The position numbers and the translations under genes are program-made. From Deltaproteobacteria bacterium (GTDB lineage: Bacteria > Myxococcota_A > UBA9160 > UBA6930), in assembly GCA_029261815.1 (NCBI GenBank), contig JAJDAQ010000054.1, positions 155 through 64,154 on the forward strand: a stretch of 64,000 bases of DNA, given 5' to 3'. Position 1 is the first letter of the stretch, and each line of letters begins with the position of its first letter. The notes under the pieces are model-generated. The model was not told the DNA's origin. It was given only the letters and a program-made list of their open reading frames with translations, and did not search any database. Below are positions 43,766 to 52,257 of the stretch, one piece after another.

Positions 43766-46700
43766 CTAATCGTCGGACGCCTCGAGTTCGTCCGTCAGCA
43801 GATCGCTTACGAATAGCAGCGGGAAGTTCGAGGTGCGCCTTCCGGTCTGGTACCCGCGACCTCCCGAGGCCATCCATCTCACTTCGTAGTCGAAATCAGA
43901 GGCCCCTTTGGGCAACATGAAATGGACGCGACTGGCAAGGTCGGGACTGCGCAACGTGGTCCGCTTCCGGTTCGTCTTCCCTGCGAGGTCGTAGTAGACG
44001 TCCACGACGGCCGCCCGCACGCCGCGTTCGTCCCAGCTGTCCGGGTCCGCATCGACATCGACGTAGGTGCGCTCGTAGGGTGGAAGCACCGCGATCGCAC
44101 TCGCGGTGGCCGGTTGCCATTCCCCTTCGACCGAATTGCCGCCGAAGAAACTCCAGAGCGCACGCCACTCGTAGCCCTGCCAGGCATCGCGATCGTCGTC
44201 GCCCTTCCAGCCGTACAAGAGGCTGAACTGGTTGTCGGATGCCTCTGCATTGGTCCGATCGATGCGGATTTCGTCCCGCGTGACCTCACCACTCTCGTGG
44301 GTCTTTCGCAGCTGTACGGTGACAAAGTTGATGTATTCCTTGAAGTCGTCGAGTTGCTTCATGTCGACGAAGACAGCGAGTTCGCGCTGCTTCAGGAATG
44401 CGTCATCCAGATTGACGCTCCGGAACACGCGATCGTCATCGAGATAGCGCCGGAGGCTCCCGATGTTCACTCCGAAGTCCACCGGAATCCGGGTTTCGCG
44501 GGACTTGTTGAAGTCGAGCTGGAACTTGAACTGGTGGCGCTGCTTTTTCATCTCGAACTTGGCAACGACGGCGGTTGCATCCTCGACCGACGCCGCGCTT
44601 TCCCGAGCGTCATCGGCCTCCTCTTGCAACGAGTTGGCCCTGGCGCGCTGCTCGCTCGCGATCGTCTCGTAGCGCGTCCCCTCGCCCTGCACGTAACTCA
44701 CCCAGCTGGCCAATTCGGCCGCGGGCGTATCCGCCAATTGCGTTTGCGTCGGGCAGGAAAAGGCACCGATGGTTGTCGCAGCACTCGGTCGCGTCGAGGC
44801 CGAACTCGTCGTCGGGCGTCGCCCGGGGGTGGTCGCCGTCGGCCGGGTGCTCGTGGGGCGCGTAGGGGTCGGGCGGGTGCTCGTAGTCGCAGGACGCTGA
44901 CGGGTCGTGCCGGTCGCCGTCGTGTTGCGGCGCGTGCCGCTGGTACTCGCCGTCTGACTGGTCCGGGAACCGCTGTTAGGCCCCGTTGTGTTGCCAGCCG
45001 GAGGTGATGCCTGACGCCGCGTCCGGCGAGGCGGCGTACGCGTGGCGACATCGGTCGAGAGATCCGCTGACTCGTCGTCGATGCCACGCGGAGCCGGTGT
45101 CCCATCGGCGTTGCGGGGGGGCGAGGTCGAATTGCCACTCGGCGGTGTGCCACCACTTCCGCTCGAAGGAGACGGCGGCGCTGCCCCTGCGGGTCCGTTG
45201 GCCGGCGGATTCGCGGAAATCCGGACCGGCGGCAATGTCACAACGTCGTCGGGCCCTGACCCGCCAGCCGGAGGAGTCGCGTCTCCGGCCGGCCCCGATC
45301 CACTCCCATTCGTGGCAGGCGTCGGAGGCTTCACGCCGGCCGGTGTCGGGCTAGCGGCTCGCTGCGGCGGCGTCGGCGCGGGCGGTGTCGGGCTGGCGGT
45401 TCGCTGCGGCGGCGCCGGAGTGGGCGGTGTCGGGCTGGCGGTTCGCTGCGGCGGCGTCGGAGTGGGCGGTGTCGGGCTGGCGGTTCGCTGCGGCGGCGTC
45501 GGAGTGGGCGGTGTCGGACTAGCGGTCCGCTGCGGCGGCGTCGGAGTGGGCGGTGTCGGACTAGCGGTCCGCTGCGGCGGTGTCGGGCTGGCAGTCAATC
45601 CCGGCGCCGGAGGAGACGGCGGTGCGGTGGGGCTGGCACTCAACAAGGACGGCGTCTGGGTGACGGTCCCGCCCTGCGTTCGGATCTGCGCCGCGACGGC
45701 CGCGATCTGGCGCAGCTTTTGTTCCGACGCTGCCGAATCGAGTGTGCTCTTCGTCGCTTCGTAGTCCTCGACGAGCCTCCGGTGGCGTTCCGTAAGCTGC
45801 TCGAGATCGGCCTTCTCCCGTTCCTCGCCCGCCTGGCGATTCGCAAAGGCCGTCACGGTCTGGATGCAAGATCGAGCAGCCTGCGCGTTCTGCTCGGCCT
45901 GGGTCGCGAGGTTGCGGGCTTCGGTTGCCTCGGTCTTGGCACGGGTGGCGGCGGCGAGGCGCTCACTACGCCGGTCATCGCGAAGTTTCTCGGCCGCAGT
46001 CATCAGGTCGTCCCCGCCGGTCGAAGCAGCCGCCATCTGTGTTCGGCCCGCGGCGACCAACCCGGTCGAGGGGTTGAACATCAGGTCTCGCAACTTGTCG
46101 TAGGTCTCGTCGATCAGCTCCTCGACTTTCGCATCCGTCCCGACCTGGGTGATCTGGATGGCGCCCGATTGCTTCAGCTCATCGAAGGCGACATCGATCT
46201 GGGCCTGGGTCATCGGAGCCGAGATCCCCGCCTGGAACCGTTGGTGGTCGTAGATCTGGTCCCAATCGGCGACAAGCTTGGCGCGCACGGGCGTGCGGAA
46301 GCCATCGAGCTTCATCTTGAACGAGAAGCTCAGATCGGCGGTATCGGTATTGAAGCTCTCCCAGAGCCTCTCCACGCCGGCCTCGGTCAGCCGGATCGAG
46401 ATCGGTGCGCGCGCGCCCTCCAATACCGGCGCCGTGCCCGTCCCGACGACGGCTGTGGCGAGCGCGGGAAGCTCTCCTTCTCCGCTCCCCGTCGGCCCTT
46501 CCTGGGGTTGGAATTGGGTCACGAGCGCCAGCTCTCCTTCGCTGAAGGTCGCCGCGGCCACGATCTTGCCGGCGGGATTGAAATCCTTCAGTGCGCGCTC
46601 AGCCTCGCGGAGCGCTTCCTCCCGTTGGCTCTCCGGCACGCCGAGTTGGACCACCGCGTGCACGATGCCGTCGACCAGGGGCTGCGCCGCTTCCTCGGCG

Positions 46701-46993
46701 CCGGCCTCGGTCTTGCGGTTCTTCACGTAACGCACGAACGAGAACTTGGGCCGGCCGTTCTCGATGGCCAGGCTCGCGGTCCGGGGCACGTAGTAATATT
46801 CGTTCGGATCGTCCACCGTCGGAAACAGGGTGTAGGCACCCGCGGTCACCGCGCGGTCGATGAAGATCGCCTGGGTCGCACCGCCATCGGCTCCCCGGGT
46901 CACCACGATCAGCTGCGCGCCGACCGGGTTCGCAGAAAGTCCCACGCAGATCGACAGCAGGACACCGATGGCTTGTCGCGTGCCAGAACGCAT
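43766..46993 (-). CDS. secreted protein, YYxP-module paralog G with coiled-coil and Pro/Thr-rich insertion
   Basis: ORF 43766..46993(-), with GGGAGAA upstream. The signal peptide is AIGVLLSICVGLSANPVGA. N-module: DDPNEYYYVPRTASL, KFSFVRYV, GTGTAPVLEG. The C-module matches A/B: FRSVNLDDAFLKQRELAVFVD, YINFVTVQLRKTH, FSLLYGWKGDDDRDAWQGYEWRALWSFFGG. The two modules are separated by about 420 aa of coiled-coil plus low-complexity sequence. Confidence 0.85.
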   Translation of the reverse strand: MRSGTRQAIGVLLSICVGLSANPVGAQLIVVTRGADGGATQAIFIDRAVTAGAYTLFPTVDDPNEYYYVPRTASLAIENGRPKFSFVRYVKNRKTEAGAEEAAQPLVDGIVHAVVQLGVPESQREEALREAERALKDFNPAGKIVAAATFSEGELALVTQFQPQEGPTGSGEGELPALATAVVGTGTAPVLEGARAPISIRLTEAGVERLWESFNTDTADLSFSFKMKLDGFRTPVRAKLVADWDQIYDHQRFQAGISAPMTQAQIDVAFDELKQSGAIQITQVGTDAKVEELIDETYDKLRDLMFNPSTGLVAAGRTQMAAASTGGDDLMTAAEKLRDDRRSERLAAATRAKTEATEARNLATQAEQNAQAARSCIQTVTAFANRQAGEEREKADLEQLTERHRRLVEDYEATKSTLDSAASEQKLRQIAAVAAQIRTQGGTVTQTPSLLSASPTAPPSPPAPGLTASPTPPQRTASPTPPTPTPPQRTASPTPPTPTPPQRTASPTPPTPTPPQRTASPTPPTPAPPQRTASPTPPAPTPPQRAASPTPAGVKPPTPATNGSGSGPAGDATPPAGGSGPDDVVTLPPVRISANPPANGPAGAAPPSPSSGSGGTPPSGNSTSPPRNADGTPAPRGIDDESADLSTDVATRTPPRRTRRQASPPAGNTTGPNSGSRTSQTASTSGTRRNTTATGTTRQRPATTSTRPTPTRPTSTRPTATTPGRRPTTSSASTRPSAATTIGAFSCPTQTQLADTPAAELASWVSYVQGEGTRYETIASEQRARANSLQEEADDARESAASVEDATAVVAKFEMKKQRHQFKFQLDFNKSRETRIPVDFGVNIGSLRRYLDDDRVFRSVNLDDAFLKQRELAVFVDMKQLDDFKEYINFVTVQLRKTHESGEVTRDEIRIDRTNAEASDNQFSLLYGWKGDDDRDAWQGYEWRALWSFFGGNSVEGEWQPATASAIAVLPPYERTYVDVDADPDSWDERGVRAAVVDVYYDLAGKTNRKRTTLRSPDLASRVHFMLPKGASDFDYEVRWMASGGRGYQTGRRTSNFPLLFVSDLLTDELEASDD
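45342..45595 (-). repeat. 42-bp in-frame tandem repeat (about 5.5 copies plus a degenerate end) encoding PPQRTASPTPPTPT
   Basis: Read directly on the + strand. The unit ggtgtcgggctggcggttcgctgcggcggcgtcggagtgggc repeats at 45342, 45384, 45426, 45468 and 45510, with a partial copy at 45552. A few substitutions occur between copies. Confidence 0.9.
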
Positions 46994-47177
46994 TCAGTTT
47001 CTCCCACGGGACAGCGGCCGCATCAACGGCACCGCACCCGAAACCACACCGAACAACGGTCGGCGAAACGCCGATCCCCGCAGTGACGCATTTCACCACA
47101 TCCTGAGGCGCAGCGAAATCGTGTCAAAAGACACCCGGCCAAATAAATCCCTCAGCTCGCATCCGTTGGATTCGATG

Positions 47178-47206
47178 TTGACCTCCCGCAGGCTGCGGGG
47201 TTGAAT
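47178..47206 (+). promoter_or_regulatory. candidate sigma70-type promoter for the amidase-to-TPS gene string
   Basis: TTGACC (47178-47183), a 17-nt spacer, then TTGAAT (47201-47206). It lies about 30 nt upstream of ATG 47238, in the only sizeable lower-GC intergenic region (46994-47237). Confidence 0.3.
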
Positions 47207-47237
47207 GACTTCTGGGTGAACGGAGGCCAGCCTCGAA

Positions 47238-48035
47238 ATGCAGTTCCTGAGAACCCGACGTGTCGCTGCGCTGTTTCATTCAGCGCTGTGGGGGGCCATC
47301 TCCGCTGGGGCCCGGATCTCGGCGCTGCTCGCCGCCGGAATCCTCCTGGGCTCCGCGTCTGCAAGCGCCCAACTCGAGGACGACTTCGAAGCGGCCGCCC
47401 CGGAAGGCGAGGTCACGCGACCGACCGAGGCTGTGCGCGGGCAAGGGATCCGTCGCCGCAGCGTGGGTTGCTCGATCCTCGATCAGACCGCATTCACCCC
47501 GGTCGAGAAGCGAAAGGCCGAGCGTCCGCTCTCGGCGATCCAAGGCATCGTGCTCCACCAGACCGGCTTCCGGCGCGGAAGCGACGCGGACCGCTATCGC
47601 CGGGTCACCTCCCACTTCGTGATCCTGCCGGATGGCCAGATCGTGAAGAACCACCCTGAAACGTCAGTCGTCTGGGCATCGAACGGTTTCAACGCGTACA
47701 CCGTGGCCATCGAGTTCGCCGGAAACTTTCCCAGTGCGCGGGGGCGATGGTGGAAGCCGGATGACTACGGGCGACATCGCCCGACGAGCGCCCAGATCGC
47801 CTCGGGACAATGCCTCGTCCACAAGCTCTACTTCGACATCGAGTCCATCGTCTGGATCCTTGCGCACCGGCAGGCGAGTCCACGGCGCGGGAACGACCCC
47901 GGACCCGATATCTGGTACGAGGTCGGTGACTGGGCCGTTGCCGAACTCGAGATGAACGACGGCGGACTCGGCTTCTCGATCAACGGGGGCCGATCGATTC
48001 CGGACAGTTGGAGAACCCCGCCGGGTGAGCGCTGA
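47238..48035 (+). CDS. secreted N-acetylmuramoyl-L-alanine amidase (amidase_2 / PGRP-type)
   Basis: ORF 47238..48035(+). Has an N-terminal hydrophobic signal region. IQGIVLHQTG, AIEFAGNF and ILAHRQASPRRGNDPGPDIW resemble the AmpD/T7-lysozyme-type amidase fold. Confidence 0.7.
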   Translation: MQFLRTRRVAALFHSALWGAISAGARISALLAAGILLGSASASAQLEDDFEAAAPEGEVTRPTEAVRGQGIRRRSVGCSILDQTAFTPVEKRKAERPLSAIQGIVLHQTGFRRGSDADRYRRVTSHFVILPDGQIVKNHPETSVVWASNGFNAYTVAIEFAGNFPSARGRWWKPDDYGRHRPTSAQIASGQCLVHKLYFDIESIVWILAHRQASPRRGNDPGPDIWYEVGDWAVAELEMNDGGLGFSINGGRSIPDSWRTPPGER

Positions 48036-48075
48036 AGCGCACCCAACGTCCTCGTGCCCACCAAGGAGTCCGACC

Positions 48076-48783
48076 ATGCGTATCGAGATCCTCCACCGCT
48101 CACTCGCGGTCCTGTTCGCTGCAACGCTGTTGCTTCCGATCGCGGGCGCAGCCCAGGAAGAAGAGGAAGAGCTGACTTTGGCTGTGCGGGTCGAGAAGCG
48201 CACCAGCGACGAATTCGTGCGGACCGTCAAGGATCCCGAGGTCCGCTCCCGGGTGGCCGCACAGTCTTGTAGCGCCGCGAACACCACCAAGGCCGAGGAA
48301 GCGCGCCGGGCCGGCGCCATCCGCGCTCAGGTCGCGACGGATCGCGCCCGCGGAATCCATCCCACAACGGGCCAAAGTGATCGCATGCGGACACGGAGTC
48401 TGGCAGCGGAACTGATTGGATGGGACGTCAACTACGACCAGGTCATCGAGATCACCGAGGAGATCCGCGACAAGCTCACCAATCACAACCTCCAGGTGGC
48501 CTGCACGACCGCGCGCGATCCCTATTGCTCTGGACGCAACGCCTATGTGGTCGACTACTCGCGGCCGATTCATCTCTGCCCGTCCTACTTCAAGTCGAGC
48601 GCCGAGGAGCGCATCCGCACGATCATCCACGAGACCGCCCATCTGGCCGGCATCGGTGAGGAAGGTGGCGAGAGCTACTGCGGCCTTTTCGACTGTCAGA
48701 TCAACTGCGGTGGCTTCTACGCAGCGGACTCGTGGGCCCACTTCATCCACTGCGCGAGTGGCCGACCCGCCGACAATCCGTAG
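48076..48783 (+). CDS. secreted zinc metalloprotease-like protein (M35/aspzincin-like, HExxH)
   Basis: ORF 48025..48783(+). The start is ATG 48076, after AAGGAG. The signal peptide is LAVLFAATLLLPIAGAA. NAYVVDYSRPIHLCPSYF...RIRTIIHETAHLAG fits the bacterial Lys-specific metalloendopeptidase-like pattern. The distal GTxDxxYG motif was not seen. Confidence 0.5.
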   Translation: MRIEILHRSLAVLFAATLLLPIAGAAQEEEEELTLAVRVEKRTSDEFVRTVKDPEVRSRVAAQSCSAANTTKAEEARRAGAIRAQVATDRARGIHPTTGQSDRMRTRSLAAELIGWDVNYDQVIEITEEIRDKLTNHNLQVACTTARDPYCSGRNAYVVDYSRPIHLCPSYFKSSAEERIRTIIHETAHLAGIGEEGGESYCGLFDCQINCGGFYAADSWAHFIHCASGRPADNP

Positions 48784-48888
48784 GCCGACGGGCATGCGCG
48801 AGGCGCGGGAGAAACGCTCGGTGTGGAATCGACGAGCACACTCCGCCCTTGCGGATAGAACGCAGCCGTTTCGAAAAGGAGTTCGATC

Positions 48889-49362
48889 ATGAAGTTCATC
48901 GCAGTGCTAGTCGCAGCGGGGCTGGCGGTGACGGCGACTGCCGCATTGCACGCCGACCCCGCCGAAGACGCCATCGATGGGCCGCGCGAAGTCTACGAAT
49001 CTCGCGCCACGATCGATCTCCCGGCGGACCCCGATCCCGAACTCGCCGAACGCTGCTACGAGCATGGCGTCACGGTTCCAGCCGAGTGGAGTGACTTCCG
49101 ATCCACGATCGAACGCTGGATCGCGACCTGCGTCTCGTCGCGAACGGTCGTCAATGGAAAGCCCATCCGCCGCGAGCGACAGCTCGTTCGCGGCAATGCA
49201 TCGCTCACCGACGTCTGGAACCTCCTGCAGGACGACGGTGTCACCGGCGAGCCGGTCCAGATCTTCGCGGACTACGAGTTCGAGGGACGTCGCGTGGTCG
49301 ACATCTTCTTCTTCCTCTACGAAGCACCGGATCCGGAGGACGCGGGCACAACGAACCCATAA
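48889..49362 (+). CDS. secreted hypothetical protein
   Basis: ORF 48889..49362(+), with AAGGAG upstream. The signal peptide is MKFIAVLVAAGLAVTATAALHA. No family was recognised. Confidence 0.6.
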   Translation: MKFIAVLVAAGLAVTATAALHADPAEDAIDGPREVYESRATIDLPADPDPELAERCYEHGVTVPAEWSDFRSTIERWIATCVSSRTVVNGKPIRRERQLVRGNASLTDVWNLLQDDGVTGEPVQIFADYEFEGRRVVDIFFFLYEAPDPEDAGTTNP

Positions 49363-49416
49363 GACCCGCCCTGCTCCTCGCCGCGATCGTGTGCGGCGGC
49401 GCGCTAGGCTGGGCGG

Positions 49417-50466
49417 ATGATGCCGTCCCTCCGCACAGCGATCGCGACTGGGTCGCTCCTGCTGGGCCTCGGCGTGCTGCCGGCGTTCGGCGACGGTTTC
49501 GACTCGAGTGAGGCGCGTGCCAAGGCGATCGAGGCGTTGCGCCACGCCACGCCCGCCGACGCGACGCGGCTCGACTTCGTGATGGAGGCACCGTCGGGTG
49601 CGGCGCTCGATCGCGGCGCCAACGAACGAAGGATCGGAGATGGCGTCCGCTACCACCTACGGACCGATGGCCGCCGCCACCTCCTCGTCGTACAGGTGGA
49701 CGCCCAGGGCGTCGTCACCGTCCTCGCGCGAACAACGACCGCGGCGGGCGAGAAGGTCAGCAAGCTTCCGCCGGCCGGAGAAAAGGAGTGGGTCGCCCTG
49801 CCCCCAGTTGGCCCTGTTGAGGTATTCGCCTGGGCCACGTTCGCGCCGATCGAAGTACCTGACCTGCCGGACGATCCCACAATCGCGTTCTTCGAAGGCA
49901 AAGCGGCCGTCGCGTTCGCGAACGGAATCAGTGAGGCCCTCGATCGGTTGGGACCGGATCAGGTCGCTTCCGCGGAGCTGCAGACGACCACCCTTGGACG
50001 AGCCGGTAGACGCGGTGTCCAACTGGTGGGGAGTAGCAACGCCCCGATCCCCGACTACCTCGCGAGCGACGTCGTCGCCTATTTCACCTCCGAGCGCGCG
50101 CAGCGTGTCCAGGCGGCAAGGCTTGACCTGCAGGTCCGCTTCGCCTCGGGTTCGGACCAGCTGGGTGCCGAGACACGGGCCAACCTGGAGATCATCGCCG
50201 TCGCGCTGCTGGCAGAGCGGCTGCGCGATCGTGGGTTCGTGGTCGGCGGCCACACGGATGACACCGGCCCGGCCGCCTTCAACCTGGAGCTTTCCAGGAG
50301 GCGTGCGGAGGCCGCCCGCGACTACCTCATCGAACGCGGGGTAGCGGAGAGCCGGTTGCGGGTTCAAGGATATGGGGAGACACGCCCCTTGCAGGCGGAC
50401 GCGAGCGCACAAGCACGAGCCTTGAATCGGCGCGTGGAGTTCGAGATGCAGGCGGACGGCGGCTAG
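49417..50466 (+). CDS. OmpA-family peptidoglycan-binding protein with N-terminal DUF4384-like domain
   Basis: ORF 49417..50466(+). Has a signal peptide and HLLVVQVDAQGVVTVLAR...VEVFAWATF (DUF4384-like). The C-terminal OmpA_C-like core reads VGGHTDDTGPAAFNLELSRRRAEAARDYL...NRRVEF. Confidence 0.8.
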   Translation: MMPSLRTAIATGSLLLGLGVLPAFGDGFDSSEARAKAIEALRHATPADATRLDFVMEAPSGAALDRGANERRIGDGVRYHLRTDGRRHLLVVQVDAQGVVTVLARTTTAAGEKVSKLPPAGEKEWVALPPVGPVEVFAWATFAPIEVPDLPDDPTIAFFEGKAAVAFANGISEALDRLGPDQVASAELQTTTLGRAGRRGVQLVGSSNAPIPDYLASDVVAYFTSERAQRVQAARLDLQVRFASGSDQLGAETRANLEIIAVALLAERLRDRGFVVGGHTDDTGPAAFNLELSRRRAEAARDYLIERGVAESRLRVQGYGETRPLQADASAQARALNRRVEFEMQADGG

Positions 50467-50557
50467 ACGCCCAACGCCAAGGGAAATCACCGGTTGACAT
50501 TGCGAATGGCCCAGACATAACATGCCTACCCTTGGGGGGCTTTGCGGAGTCCAGTCG

Positions 50558-52222
50558 ATGCGGATTGCTGCCGCTGTTGCAGCTTGCCTGCTTGCGTTTC
50601 CAGCCGTTGCACAAGAGTTGCCGCCCGCTGCGGATCCGGGCGTCGTCCAGCGACGTTTCGAGATTCCCCGCCCGTCCGTCCCGGACACAGACGGGCTGGC
50701 ACCGGCTGCACCTCGGCTCGTGCCTCCGCCCGGCGCCGAGTCCGTGCAGTTCATCCTTCGCGAGGTCATCGTCGAGGGGAGCCAGGTCTACGACGCGGAG
50801 CAGCTCGCGCGCGCCTGGGCACCGCATCTTTCGAAGCAGGTCTCACTGGCCACGGTCTTCGAGATCGCTGGCCGGCTGACCGCCCGCTACCGCAATGATG
50901 GCTTCGTTCTTTCCCAGGTAATCGTGCCTCCGCAGGAGGTCGATGACGGCCGCATCCGTCTACGGGCCATTGAGGGCTTCGTGGAAGAGGTCCTGATCGA
51001 GGGCGAGGCACACCTTCCCGCCCTCTGGGAGGCGCACGCGGAGAGAATCCGCACGGCCCGCCCTTTGGACGCGAACACCCTGGAACGGGCGGTGTTGCTT
51101 CTCAATGACCTGCCCGGCGCCGGCGTGCGCGCCGTGCTGCGGCCGTCCGGCAAGACCGTGGGCGCTTCGCACCTCGTCCTGCTCGCGGCCCAGGAACCCG
51201 CCCTCGCCTATCTCGACACGAACAATCGTGGCACGCGCTTTCTCGGTCGCTATCAGGGCGAAATCGGTGTGACGTTGAACTCGTGGCTCGACCGCTATGA
51301 GGAGACCCAACTTCGCTTCACCCACACCTTCGACAATGAGCTCGCCTTGCTCAGTCTCGATCACAGCGAACAGATCGGCACGAACGGCACCCTGCTCACG
51401 CTCTCCTTCTCCTACGCCGACACGGAGCCGGGCGGGACACTGCGCGCGTTCGATGTCGAGGGCGAAGCCGTCTCGGGTGCGATCAGCCTGCGCCATCCCT
51501 TCATCCGCTCGCGCACACAAAACCTGGTCGGCTGGGCACGATTCGACTACCTCGACTCCAGCAACGACATCCTGCGTCGCTCCCTGTCCGAGGATCGCAT
51601 CCGAGCCCTGCGGATTGGCGCATCCTACGACATCGTCGATCGCTTCGAAGGAATCAATCTGCTCGTCGCGGAGCTAAGCCGCGGCGTGGACGTGCTGAAC
51701 GCGACCGATTTCGGGGACGCGAACAATTCGCGACTGGGTGCCAAAGGTTCGTTCGCGAAGGTCCACGTGAGTGCCTCCAGGCTCCAACGGCTCGGCGGCG
51801 GATTCAACGTGCTGGGCACCCTGTCCGGCCAGTACGCGTTCGACCTCCTGCTCTCGGCCGAACAGTTCACGTTCGGTGGGGCCGATCTCGGACGGGGTTA
51901 CGACGCGGCCGAGATCATCGGGGATCACGGCCTCGCGAGCTCGATCGAACTGCAGTGGGGCCGCGCGCTCGGTTTCGCAGCGCTCGAGGGAATCCAGTTG
52001 TTCGCCTCATACGACTTCGGGGTCGTCTGGCAACGTGACGAGCGCCTGCCCGTTCGGCGCAGTACGGCCTCCTCGGTGGCCGTTGGCGCCCGCCTCAATC
52101 TGACGCCTTGGCTTTCCGCACGGGTGTCCGTTGCGTTGCCACTGACCCGACCCGCCACCGTCGACCGCGACGACGGTGCACACAAGCCCCGCCTCTTCTT
52201 CGGCCTAACGGCCCGCTACTGA
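50558..52222 (+). CDS. ShlB/FhaC/HecB-family two-partner secretion transporter (TpsB)
   Basis: ORF 50522..52222(+). The start is ATG 50558 (MRIAAAVAACLLAFPAVAQE signal peptide). Has POTRA-like segments (FILREVIVEGSQVY, IRLRAIEGFVEEVLIEG) and a beta-barrel body ending in FFGLTARY. Confidence 0.8.
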   Translation: MRIAAAVAACLLAFPAVAQELPPAADPGVVQRRFEIPRPSVPDTDGLAPAAPRLVPPPGAESVQFILREVIVEGSQVYDAEQLARAWAPHLSKQVSLATVFEIAGRLTARYRNDGFVLSQVIVPPQEVDDGRIRLRAIEGFVEEVLIEGEAHLPALWEAHAERIRTARPLDANTLERAVLLLNDLPGAGVRAVLRPSGKTVGASHLVLLAAQEPALAYLDTNNRGTRFLGRYQGEIGVTLNSWLDRYEETQLRFTHTFDNELALLSLDHSEQIGTNGTLLTLSFSYADTEPGGTLRAFDVEGEAVSGAISLRHPFIRSRTQNLVGWARFDYLDSSNDILRRSLSEDRIRALRIGASYDIVDRFEGINLLVAELSRGVDVLNATDFGDANNSRLGAKGSFAKVHVSASRLQRLGGGFNVLGTLSGQYAFDLLLSAEQFTFGGADLGRGYDAAEIIGDHGLASSIELQWGRALGFAALEGIQLFASYDFGVVWQRDERLPVRRSTASSVAVGARLNLTPWLSARVSVALPLTRPATVDRDDGAHKPRLFFGLTARY

Positions 52223-52257
52223 TCGGATTCTCGACCGCCTCCAAAGGAGCCACCCCC

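Noticed and set aside
45342-45595. Regular 42-bp repeats considered as a possible CRISPR array.
   Set aside because: The copies are directly adjacent with no spacers. They are in frame within a long ORF and encode a Pro/Thr repeat. No cas genes are present in the window.
46994-47237. The 244-nt intergenic region examined for a tRNA or small RNA gene.
   Set aside because: There is no T-loop-like GGTTCGAATCC or cloverleaf-compatible pairing. It is better explained as a divergent promoter region. Only a tentative -35/-10 pair is reported.
52108-52257. Upstream start of TpsA that overlaps the end of TpsB by 115 nt.
   Set aside because: The extension is Arg/Pro-rich. ATG 52258 is preceded by AAGGAG and yields a normal signal peptide directly followed by the TPS domain.
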